A stretch of DNA of 64,000 bases from an uncultured Oscillospiraceae bacterium. GTDB taxonomy: Bacteria > Bacillota > Clostridia > Oscillospirales > Oscillospiraceae. The number at the start of each line of letters is the position of its first letter. The first letter of the stretch is position 1. A program made the translations under genes and the position numbers. Where the stretch lies: the NCBI GenBank assembly GCA_944386975.1, contig CALXDC010000005.1, positions 12,959 to 76,958 of the forward strand. The letters run 5' to 3'. Shown piece by piece: positions 10,293-18,017 of this stretch. The notes under the pieces are model-generated. The model was not told the DNA's origin, did not search any database, and saw only the letters and a program-made list of their open reading frames with translations.

Positions 10293-10335
10293 ACGCCCCC
10301 GGAGGCCGGACCACTGGTCCGGCCTCCGGGGGCGT
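10293..10335. terminator. bidirectional hairpin between convergent genes
   Basis: About 20-bp GC-rich inverted repeat acgcccccggaggccggacc/ggtccggcctccgggggcgt. Confidence 0.6.
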
Positions 10336-10396
10336 CCCTTATGCGTCCGGTTCCGGCAATGGGACTGCTCCGGGCGGTTCCGGGAGCGGCAGAATG

Positions 10397-10974
10397 TTAC
10401 TCCGCCGGGCACTGGCGGCCGGTGTGGTCCATGTAATACTCACAGGTGAGAAGGAGCTGGGAGATGGGTACCACCTCATACCCCTGGCCCAGCATGTACT
10501 CTAAAATACCCGGCAGAGCCTCGGGGGTGTGGAGGGCGGCGTTATGGAAAAGGACAATGGAGCCGTTCTGGATTTTCTCCGTTACCCGCTGCGTGATTTC
10601 GGAAGCGGAGATCTCCTTCCAGTCCAGGCTGTCCACGTCCCACTGGATAGGCTCCATGCCGATGGAGCGGATGGCGGAGATCACGTGGTCGTCATACTCG
10701 CCGTAAGGGCAGCGGATCAGGGTGGGACGCACGCCGGTAACCGCCTCGATCTTGTCGTTGCAGGCCTCCACGTCGGCGGTGATCTCCTCGGCGGAGAGAC
10801 TGTTGAAATGGGCGTGGGTATTGGAGTGATTCATCACCTCGTGGCCGGCCTCATGGAGGGCCAGCACCGATTCCGGATATTTCTCCACCCAATCCCCCAC
10901 CACGAAGAAGGTGGCTTTCACGCCGTAGCAGTCCAGAATGTCGATGAGCTGCTGGGTGTCCTCGTTCCCCCAGG
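10397..10974 (-). pseudogene. polysaccharide deacetylase (NodB family, PdaB-like), 3' segment of a split gene
   Basis: Host-derived translation WGNEDTQQLIDILDCYGVKATFFVVGDW...NHSNTH... has NodB motifs 2 onward but lacks the signal peptide and motif 1. The first 23 residues of the track ORF (MPAGRFFAGV...) are encoded by the element. Confidence 0.85.
10968..10974. repeat. junction core CCCCAGG (left end of the inserted element)
   Basis: The identical 7-mer is found at 19639-19645, exactly where the two deacetylase fragments lose colinearity. Confidence 0.75.
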
Positions 10975-11068
10975 GGAATGCCGGTTTGCGCCATGGGCGT
11001 GTCGGCCCGGGAACGCCGGCAAAAAAGCGCCCCGCAGGCATCTGCCTGCGGGGGGCACATATGGGCGG

Positions 11069-12610
11069 CTATGGGGGAGAATCCTGGATATCGGAGAAGG
11101 CGTAGTGAATCTCCAGACGTCCGTCCTCGTAGACCCGAATCTCCCGGAGAGTCTCCGCCGCTGTGATCCGGTCCAGCTCCGTCAGCCGGCCGTGGCGGAG
11201 AAGGGCGTCTATCCACGGGTGGGAGCGGGGCTCCGCCTGGGCCTCCAGCAGATGCAGCTGGGCCTGGAGAGCCGCCTCCTGCCGGTCATAGTCCTCCCGG
11301 TAGCGCAGATACTCCTCCCGGCGGATGATCCCCTCCCGCTGATCCTCATAGGCGCCCTTCTTCAGCCGGTAGAGGCGGTCCAGGCCCGCCTGCAGCCTCC
11401 GGCGGTCCGCCTGCCGCTCCTGCCGCGGCGCCGTGTCCGCCTCTCGGGCCAGCGCCTCCAGATCCCCGGCCGCGGCAACGACCCGGTTCAGGTCCGCCAG
11501 AACGATCCTCTCCAGCTCAGCGTGAGAGACGGGGTGCCGGGTGCACACCGATGCGCCGTAGCGCTTGTAGGAGCCGCAGACGTAGAACAGGCCGCCGCTC
11601 TGCCGGGTTTTTACCATGGCCCGTCCGCAGTCGCCGCAGCGGAGAAGTCCGGCGAAGGGACCGACAGCTCCAGAGAAGTCCGGCTCCCGGCCCCGGGCAT
11701 TCAGCAGGGCCTGGACCCGGTCCCACTGTTCCCGGCTGATGATGGCCTCGTGGGTGTTTTCCACTACCACCCAATCCTCCCGGGCCTGCTTTTTCGCTTT
11801 ACCGTGGAGGGTGGGGCGGGCGCAGCGCCCCTGCTCCATGCTGCCCAGGTACATCCGGTTTTGCAGGATGCGGTGGATGGTGGCGTAGGTCCAGTAGGTG
11901 GTGCCCTCCAGCCGGCGGCCGTTGTTATACCGCTCTCCAAGGGCACGTTTGTACTGACTGGGGCAGGGGACCCCCTCCTGATTGAGAAGCTTGGCGATGC
12001 GGACCTTTCCCGTGCCGCTTTCAAAGAGAGAGAAGATCTGCCGGACCACCTGGGCCGCCGGCGGATCCACCAGCAGATGACCCCGGCGGTCCGGATCCTT
12101 CCGATAGCCGTAGCTGGGAAAGGCCCCGATGAACTCCCCACGCCGCTGCTTGGCGCGGATGGCCGAGCGGACCTTGTCCGAAATGTCCCGAGCGTATTGG
12201 GTGTTGAAGAGGTTCTTCATGGGCAGCAGGAGGTCGTATTTTCCCCGGCCGCTGTCCACGTGGTCGTTGACGGCGATGAACCGAACGGACAGGGCTGGGA
12301 ACACCCGCTCCAGATACCGGCCCATCTCGATGTAGTCCCTGCCGAACCGGGACAGGTCCTTCACCAGCACGCAATCCACCCGGCCCGCCCGGATGTCCTC
12401 CTCCATGCGGCGGAAGGCGGGGCGGTCGAAGTTGGTGCCGGTGTAGCCGTCGTCCTGATAGAAGTCCACCAGGCGCAGCTCCGGATGGTCCTCCAGGTAC
12501 TGGACCAGAAGCTTGCGCTGGTTGGCGATGCTGTCGCTCTCCGACTTGTCGCCGTCCTCCCGGGACAGACGGAGATACCCGGCAGTGTTCCAGTATTCCG
12601 CGGCAGTTCC
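11069..12610 (-). CDS. large serine recombinase (resolvase domain, recombinase domain, zinc ribbon, coiled coil); start codon unresolved
   Basis: The track ORF (11069-12469) starts at a GTG inside the catalytic domain (VDFYQDDGYTGTNFDRP). The same frame stays open upstream and encodes EYWNTAGYLRLSREDGDKSESDSIANQRKLL with the catalytic Ser, preceded by GGAAAGGAGGGG. There is no ATG, GTG or TTG in between. Confidence 0.85.
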   Translation of the reverse strand, partial: GTAAEYWNTAGYLRLSREDGDKSESDSIANQRKLLVQYLEDHPELRLVDFYQDDGYTGTNFDRPAFRRMEEDIRAGRVDCVLVKDLSRFGRDYIEMGRYLERVFPALSVRFIAVNDHVDSGRGKYDLLLPMKNLFNTQYARDISDKVRSAIRAKQRRGEFIGAFPSYGYRKDPDRRGHLLVDPPAAQVVRQIFSLFESGTGKVRIAKLLNQEGVPCPSQYKRALGERYNNGRRLEGTTYWTYATIHRILQNRMYLGSMEQGRCARPTLHGKAKKQAREDWVVVENTHEAIISREQWDRVQALLNARGREPDFSGAVGPFAGLLRCGDCGRAMVKTRQSGGLFYVCGSYKRYGASVCTRHPVSHAELERIVLADLNRVVAAAGDLEALAREADTAPRQERQADRRRLQAGLDRLYRLKKGAYEDQREGIIRREEYLRYREDYDRQEAALQAQLHLLEAQAEPRSHPWIDALLRHGRLTELDRITAAETLREIRVYEDGRLEIHYAFSDIQDSPP

Positions 12611-12662
12611 CCTCCTTTCCGTGGGAGTTCGGAAGATCAGGTCCGGTGGGCCCGGATCAGTG

Positions 12663-12689
12663 CCCGGAGGAGCTCCTCCGGGGTTTTTT
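12663..12689 (+). terminator. perfect 20-bp palindrome plus T6, terminator-like on the strand antisense to the recombinase
   Basis: cccggaggagctcctccggg followed by gttttttg. Lies about 50 nt upstream of the recombinase RBS. Could instead be an operator. Confidence 0.4.
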
Positions 12690-12869
12690 GACCGGTAAAA
12701 ATGCGGATAATCTGCCGTTTTCGGACCGGCGGGGCCGGGGGGCGCTCCGCTGCAGGCATGGCTGATCCCTCCCCTCTCGGCGTCGCTGCGTGGCTCTTTT
12801 GTCGTCTCCTTCAGTCTATGCGCTGTGGGACAAAAAAAGTCCGCTGGGAAAAATCCATGGAGAGGGGGA

Positions 12870-12905
12870 AAGGGGCGCTGATTTCAACGGAAATCAGCGC
12901 CCCTT
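12870..12905 (-). terminator. hairpin downstream of the LUD/HAD/FGGY operon
   Basis: 16-bp stem aaggggcgctgatttc/gaaatcagcgcccctt. The T-tract on the minus strand is weak. Confidence 0.5.
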
Positions 12906-12952
12906 CCGAGGGATGAGAGGGATTTGTCAAAAGCGTTGCGGCGAAAGCGGTC

Positions 12953-13555
12953 TCAATAGCCCAGATCCTCGTCGATGAGCACCACCTCCATCTCCATGGA
13001 GAGCATGCACTGGGTGAGGATGACCAGCCCTCTGCAGATACGGTCGGGGCTGCTGCAGTCATAGCAGCGGTCCCCCTTGGCGGCACAGGGGGTCTTGCGG
13101 CCGAGCCGCTGGGCGTTCTTGGGCGCCGCGATGTTGCGCGTCCGGTCCAGAGCTCCGGGGAGGTCCGGTGCGATTTTGTTCCGGCCCACCACGAAATAGA
13201 CCTTGCGGTGTCCGAACAGCGAGGCGGATACCCGGTTCCCGATGCCGTCCAGGTTGACGATGGCGCCGGTGTCCTCGGCGACGCCGTTGGCGGAGAGCAG
13301 GTAGACCTCCGCCTGGGCGGCCAAGCGCTGGACCTCCTGGGGGTCACCCGGGGTAAAGCCGTGGCGGTAGAGGGTGTTGTGCCGGCTCAGGCTCTCCCGC
13401 AGCCCAAGCTCCACCAGCGTCATGGAGCCGCCCATCCCCACGGTGACGCCGTCGATCTCCCGGTTGAGGTAGTCGGCGGCCTCGCTGCCGCCGGCAAAGA
13501 CAGAGACGGTGAATCCGTTTCGCTCCAAGGCGCTGCGCAGCTTCTCAAAGGGCAT
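12953..13555 (-). CDS. LUD-domain (LutC/YkgG-like, DUF162) protein
   Basis: 200 aa. The pattern VGMGGSMTLVELGL...YLLSANGVAEDTGAIVNLDGIGNRV matches the lactate-utilisation C family. Confidence 0.65.
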   Translation of the reverse strand: MPFEKLRSALERNGFTVSVFAGGSEAADYLNREIDGVTVGMGGSMTLVELGLRESLSRHNTLYRHGFTPGDPQEVQRLAAQAEVYLLSANGVAEDTGAIVNLDGIGNRVSASLFGHRKVYFVVGRNKIAPDLPGALDRTRNIAAPKNAQRLGRKTPCAAKGDRCYDCSSPDRICRGLVILTQCMLSMEMEVVLIDEDLGY

Positions 13556-14231
13556 GGTGTTCCCTCCTTTCCTTTGCAGGTAAGATGTAGTCGGCCAGGG
13601 CCTCCGCCGTATGGACCACTGCCGCCGCTCCTGCGGCGATCGTCTCCCCCTCCGGGGCGAAGCCGCAGAAATTTACGCCCAGACAGGCGATGCCGCAGGA
13701 GGCTGCCCCCTCTGCGTCATACCGGCGGTCGCCTACCATGAGGACCTGCTCCCGCTGGGCGGGAGAAATGCCGAACCGCTCCATCGCCATTCCAATGACA
13801 GCCGCCTTGGGATTTTCCTCCCGGGCGTGGGTGGTGCCCACCACATGGGTAAAGTAGGACGCCAGCCCCAGGTTCTGCAGCACCTGGCGGCAGGCCTCCG
13901 TCTCCTTGTTGGAGGCCACCGCCAGCTCCAGCCCCGCCTCCCGCAGACGCCGCAGCGTCTGGGGAAGGCCGGGAATGTTGCGGACCATCCGGTTTCCCAC
14001 GATGTGGTAGTAGGTCATATAGAGGGCGGCGGCGCGCTCAGCCTCCTGGTCGGGGAGACCGCAGAGAACGGTGAAGCTCTCTATCAGAGGCGGACCGATG
14101 GCCTTCCTGGCGATCTGCCTTGTCGCCTTCGGCCTGCCCAGCTTCTCCAGGGCGTAATCCATGCAGGCATAGTGCCCCTCGCTGGAGTCGGTGAGCGTCC
14201 CATCCAGATCAAACAGAATATAGCGGTACAT
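13545..14231 (-). CDS. HAD-superfamily phosphatase (phosphoglycolate phosphatase-like)
   Basis: ATG at 14231 with an AGGAGG RBS. MYRYILFDLDGTLTDS is HAD motif I; VGDRRYD is motif IV. The longer track ORF is a spurious extension. Confidence 0.85.
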   Translation of the reverse strand: MYRYILFDLDGTLTDSSEGHYACMDYALEKLGRPKATRQIARKAIGPPLIESFTVLCGLPDQEAERAAALYMTYYHIVGNRMVRNIPGLPQTLRRLREAGLELAVASNKETEACRQVLQNLGLASYFTHVVGTTHAREENPKAAVIGMAMERFGISPAQREQVLMVGDRRYDAEGAASCGIACLGVNFCGFAPEGETIAAGAAAVVHTAEALADYILPAKERREHHAL

Positions 14232-14289
14232 CGGATTCCTCCTGTCGTACGGGTCCTCTCCGGGAGGAACCGCCGCAGCCCGCGGGGCG

Positions 14290-15837
14290 CTACCGGGAGA
14301 CATGCTGCACGGTCTTGTGGACAATCTCGGACATCTGGGGCCAGGTTTCGATGTAGCGGTCCAGGAAGAAGGCGTATGTTTCGTGGTTTTCCATGTTGGG
14401 GGAGAACACACGGTCGAAGCGCACCATGTTGTCCGCCGCCTCCTTCAGATTCTTGTAGGTTCCGGCGGCCACTGCGGCGATCATGGCGTCGCCCAGGCAG
14501 CCGGTGTTCTGGGTGTCGCTGGTGATGCAGATCTCCACGCCGGTGACGTCCGCGTGAATCTGCATCCACAGGTCGGACTGGGCCATACCGCCGCAGGCGT
14601 AGATGCGGCTGACCTTGTAGCCGCCGTCCGCCAGGGCACGCAGGCAGTGGGCGGTGCCGTAGGCCACGCCCTCCAGAATGGCTCTGGCCATGTGGGCGGT
14701 GGTGTGGACCAGGGAGAGGCCCCAGAAGATGCCCCGCGCAAAGGAATCGGCGTAGGGAACCCGGTTGCCCTGGAAGTAATCCACCATCACCAGACCGTCG
14801 CTGCCGATGGGCACGGAGCCCGCCTGCTCGTCCAGATAGTGGTACATGCTGACGCCCTTTGCCTTGGCGTCATCCTGCCACTGCTGGGGAATCAGATTCT
14901 GCTTGAACCAGGCCAGAATGGAGCCGCTGGAGGCCTGACCGCCCTCAATGAGGCTGGTCCCCTCCGTTACGGCATTGGGATAGGCGCCGTTGACGCCGTC
15001 CACGTGGAACTCCACCGGGGAGAGACCCAGCAGCACGGAGGAGGTGCCGCCGATGAGGGCCATATCGCCCGACTCCACCACGCCGGTGCCGATCATGCAG
15101 GTGATGGCGTCGATGCCGCCCTCGGCCACCAGGGTGCCCTCCGCCAGACCGAAGGCCTCCGCCGCCTGGGCGGATACATAGCCCACCACGCCCGCCAGGG
15201 GCACCACGTTCTGGCAGAGCATGTCCGCCAGCTCCTCCACGCCCATCTCCGCCAGGAAGTCCCGCTGCCAGCCCCCGTTGACGTCGTCATAGAGGCCCCG
15301 CACCGTGGCGGCGGATTTGTTGGCGCATTTGACGCCGGTCAGCTGGAAGTTGAGCCAGTCCGTGAACTCCATCACGGTGGCCACCTTGGCCCACACCTCC
15401 GGCTCATTTTCCTTGACCCACATGCTCTTGGGAATGAGACTTTCGGCGGGGACGCCGGAGGGGTAGAAGCGGGTCACATTGTGGTCGCAGCGGAAAATCC
15501 GCTCCGCCTGGGCCGCCGCGCGCACGTCCATCCACAGAATGGGCTTGCGGACGCACCGGTCCTCCCGGTCCAGAAACACCGCGGTGCTGGTGGTGCCGTC
15601 GCAGGCCAGGGCGGCGATCTCCTCCGGGGCGGTTCCGGCGGCCTCAATGGCGCCGGGGATGGCGATTTTCATGGCGGCCAGCCATTCGCTGTCGTCCTGC
15701 TCTGCCCAGCCGCTCTTGGGAAACTCCGTGTTGTATCCTGCCGTCTTGGTGCCGAGGCACCGGCCCGTTTTGTCAAAAATCGAGATCCGGAAGCCGCTGG
15801 TTCCGGCGTCGATTCCCATAAAATACTTCTTCTCCAT
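14290..15837 (-). CDS. FGGY-family carbohydrate kinase
   Basis: 515 aa. MGIDAGTSGFR start and the C-terminal GG...D motifs of the FGGY family. Confidence 0.85.
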   Translation of the reverse strand: MEKKYFMGIDAGTSGFRISIFDKTGRCLGTKTAGYNTEFPKSGWAEQDDSEWLAAMKIAIPGAIEAAGTAPEEIAALACDGTTSTAVFLDREDRCVRKPILWMDVRAAAQAERIFRCDHNVTRFYPSGVPAESLIPKSMWVKENEPEVWAKVATVMEFTDWLNFQLTGVKCANKSAATVRGLYDDVNGGWQRDFLAEMGVEELADMLCQNVVPLAGVVGYVSAQAAEAFGLAEGTLVAEGGIDAITCMIGTGVVESGDMALIGGTSSVLLGLSPVEFHVDGVNGAYPNAVTEGTSLIEGGQASSGSILAWFKQNLIPQQWQDDAKAKGVSMYHYLDEQAGSVPIGSDGLVMVDYFQGNRVPYADSFARGIFWGLSLVHTTAHMARAILEGVAYGTAHCLRALADGGYKVSRIYACGGMAQSDLWMQIHADVTGVEICITSDTQNTGCLGDAMIAAVAAGTYKNLKEAADNMVRFDRVFSPNMENHETYAFFLDRYIETWPQMSEIVHKTVQHVSR

Positions 15838-15924
15838 CGCGTTCTCCTATTCAAGTAGGTGGTTGAGGTGGTTGATGTGACTGGGAAAGCGCTGCCGCGG
15901 TCTGCAGTGGTAGGGAGGACGGCG

Positions 15925-16101
15925 TCAGGTGTTCACCACGGAGCCGCCGTTGATGGGTATCACCTGGCCGGTGACGTAGCTGGCGTCGTCGGAGAGCAGG
16001 AAGGCAATGACGTTGGCAATCTCGCTGGGCTCGCCGAACCGCTTCATGGGAATGTACTGTATTTTTGACGGGGTGTCAAGGCGGGCGGAGCCTATGTTCC
16101 C
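15925..16101 (-). pseudogene. 3' remnant of a short-chain dehydrogenase/reductase gene
   Basis: Only the last ~58 codons remain: ...IPMKRFGEPSEIANVIAFLLSDDASYVTGQVIPINGGSVVNT*. The frame is closed by a stop near 16104, and there is no room for the N-terminal ~190 aa. Confidence 0.75.
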
Positions 16102-16248
16102 GCTTCAGAGAAAATAAAAAAGCCGCTGCAGAAAGAGAAGCTCTGCGGCGGATGTCAGAGTATTTGCAGCGGCAGCCAGGCCGCCCCGTGCAACAAGACA
16201 ATTGATTTTACGGAGAAAATAGTCTAATATTTTTCTATTGAACCGGGG

Positions 16249-17172
16249 ATGGACGAAGATGGTCCAGCCTGTTGGAAAGAGAATGGATGGAAGAGAAAGG
16301 TCAGGACGATTCCTATGAGGAAGGAAAAAAAGCGCAGGAGAGCAGGCAAGGCCGCCCGGTGGAGGGGAATCAAAGGGTCGGTGATGATTTTCGCGGTGTT
16401 CTGTCTGGTGACAGTTATCTCCACCATATTATATGAGGTGCTTCCGCTGCCGAAAATCCCCTTCCTATGGGGAGAGGACGCCTTTTACCAGACCATTGTA
16501 ATGGGGATGTACAACAGCCTTCTGGACTTTGCCGTTTTTAGTATTTTATTGACCGTCCTACTGAAGCGGCAGGAGAGGGCGGACACGGTGCAGCGGTACC
16601 TGGATGATCTGGATGCGTGCAGATTCTGGTTCAGCGATCAGGCGGCCCACAGGCTGCGATCTCTGATTCAGCTGCTTCAGGATGAGGGGGAGTATTCCCT
16701 TGATCTGACCAAATGCTATATATCGGAGATCATCTTGAAAAAACTCCGATATGAAAAGTGCAGAATGATGGGCGCGGTCTTCAGCGGCTCAAACTTAGAG
16801 CAGTCCACATTTGTTGCATGCAATTTCCAAGGGGCGTATTGTGAAAAAAGCCTTCTCAGGAAATGTACGTTTCAGGCGTGCAGTCTCCGGCTTTTGAAGG
16901 GCAGGGAGGTGGACATGAGAAGCAGTTCTCTCCAGGACTGTGACCTGGAATTGTGTGATTTCACCGATGCGGATCTGCGCTTTGCCATAATAAAAAATTG
17001 CAGCCTGAAGAAAGTCACTTTCTCGGGCTGCAATCTGGAGCGGACCAATTTGCTGGGTTGTACCAATCTCTGTGTTGAAGAGCTGGTGAAGTGCAGATCT
17101 CTGCGGTATGCAAAGCTGGATCCGGAAATTCGTGCCGCCGTACAGGCGGCTGCGCCTCACCTGCTGAACTGA
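16249..17172 (+). CDS. membrane-anchored pentapeptide-repeat protein
   Basis: Two TM helices, then pentapeptide repeats (FSGSNLEQSTFVACNFQGAYCEKSLLRKCTFQACSL...). Visibly lower GC than its flanks. The start may be the ATG at 16315. Confidence 0.7.
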   Translation: MDEDGPACWKENGWKRKVRTIPMRKEKKRRRAGKAARWRGIKGSVMIFAVFCLVTVISTILYEVLPLPKIPFLWGEDAFYQTIVMGMYNSLLDFAVFSILLTVLLKRQERADTVQRYLDDLDACRFWFSDQAAHRLRSLIQLLQDEGEYSLDLTKCYISEIILKKLRYEKCRMMGAVFSGSNLEQSTFVACNFQGAYCEKSLLRKCTFQACSLRLLKGREVDMRSSSLQDCDLELCDFTDADLRFAIIKNCSLKKVTFSGCNLERTNLLGCTNLCVEELVKCRSLRYAKLDPEIRAAVQAAAPHLLN

Positions 17173-17181
17173 CGTGTATTT

Positions 17182-17228
17182 CCCCCTGGACCAACGGTAC
17201 AAGAGACTTGTGCAGTTGGTCCAGGGGG
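17182..17228. terminator. long hairpin between the convergent pentapeptide gene and the RR/HK operon
   Basis: 14-bp arms ccccctggaccaac/gttggtccaggggg, with an inner stem acaag/cttgt. Confidence 0.6.
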
Positions 17229-17281
17229 GAATCGAACCCGCCGATGGCGCCGAAGCGCCATGCCAACCATGGCACTGGACT
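17218..17281 (-). other. tRNA-like cloverleaf fragment with no anticodon loop
   Basis: The minus strand carries GGTTCGATTCC (T-loop consensus) in a T-arm-like stem, a 6-bp acceptor-like pairing GTCCAG/CTGGAC, and two tetraloop hairpins (TGCCA-TGGT-TGGCA and TGGCGC-TTCG-GCGCCA). No 7-nt anticodon loop and no CCA end. Confidence 0.3.
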
Positions 17282-17411
17282 GCCTTTATTATATCGCGAA
17301 AAAGAAAAACCGCAACCATAAAATGGAGGTTCCCGTGAAATTTTCGCCTGCGGGGCCTCTATAGCAGCGCCGTCCCGGTCTGGGACGGCGCTTTTTGGAA
17401 GCGGCAGCGAT

Positions 17412-18017
17412 TCACGGTTTGGATGGTTCTGTGATTTCCGGAAAGTAGGCGGCGAACACATGGCGCAGCTGCTGTTTGCTGACAAGCCCCAGCTTGCGCA
17501 GCACGCTGGTTTGCTGGTTGGCGATGGTCTTGGAGGAGGAGTGGAGGGCCACAGGCATTCCCAGCATGTGTTGAAAAACCGCCAATTCCGCCGAGGTCAG
17601 GCGCTGCAAAAGGGCCGAGCAAATCAGGTGCGATTGGGGCGTGACCCCCCGTGCGGTTTCCAGAATGGTGGGCACCAGGAGGGAAAATTGGCTTTTCATC
17701 ACGTAGGCGGAGGCGAAGGCCTCCATGCTGGCCTGGATCACTGTGGCAGGGGCGTCATAGGAGGTCAGGAGAATCACCTTGGCCTGGGACTCCAGACGGA
17801 TTCGGCGGGCCGCAGGTACGCCCGCCATGGGACCTTCAGTCAGCGCCAGATCCATCAGCACCACGTCCGGCCTCTCTCGGACGGCAGCCCGGAGGGCCGG
17901 TTCCCCCTCTGAAAAAATGCCTGTCAATGTCAACTCCTTTTGGGCAGCTAAAGTCTGCTGGATCAAATACTGAAAATCGGGATCATCCTCCACCACCATG
18001 ATACGGGTCAATTCCAT
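17412..18017 (-). CDS. response regulator, NarL/LuxR family (REC plus HTH)
   Basis: 201 aa. IMVVEDDPDF...VVLMDLAL receiver motifs and a C-terminal LuxR-type HTH (LTSAELAVFQHMLGM...IANQQTSVLRKLG). Overlaps the kinase stop codon. Confidence 0.85.
   Translation of the reverse strand: MELTRIMVVEDDPDFQYLIQQTLAAQKELTLTGIFSEGEPALRAAVRERPDVVLMDLALTEGPMAGVPAARRIRLESQAKVILLTSYDAPATVIQASMEAFASAYVMKSQFSLLVPTILETARGVTPQSHLICSALLQRLTSAELAVFQHMLGMPVALHSSSKTIANQQTSVLRKLGLVSKQQLRHVFAAYFPEITEPSKP

Noticed and set aside
7888-10314. 808-aa minus-strand ORF opposite the O-antigen ligase-like gene, plus several nested plus-strand ORFs
   Set aside because: Shadow ORFs with a low-complexity Arg/Gly/His/Pro composition and no RBS. 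The plus-strand membrane protein accounts for the region.
10529-12691. 720-aa plus-strand ORF covering the deacetylase fragment and the recombinase
   Set aside because: It is antisense to two genes with strong family signatures, and its translation is repetitive and Gly/Pro/Leu/Val-rich. It cannot be real if the recombinase is.
14302-15858. 518-aa plus-strand ORF opposite the FGGY kinase
   Set aside because: Shadow ORF (Gly/His/Ala/Val-rich). The minus-strand kinase has canonical FGGY motifs and an RBS.
17218-17281. Calling the T-loop-containing sequence a functional tRNA gene
   Set aside because: No anticodon arm with a 7-nt loop, a D-arm-like stem with only a tetraloop, and no CCA or proper discriminator. 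It is reported only as a tRNA-like fragment.
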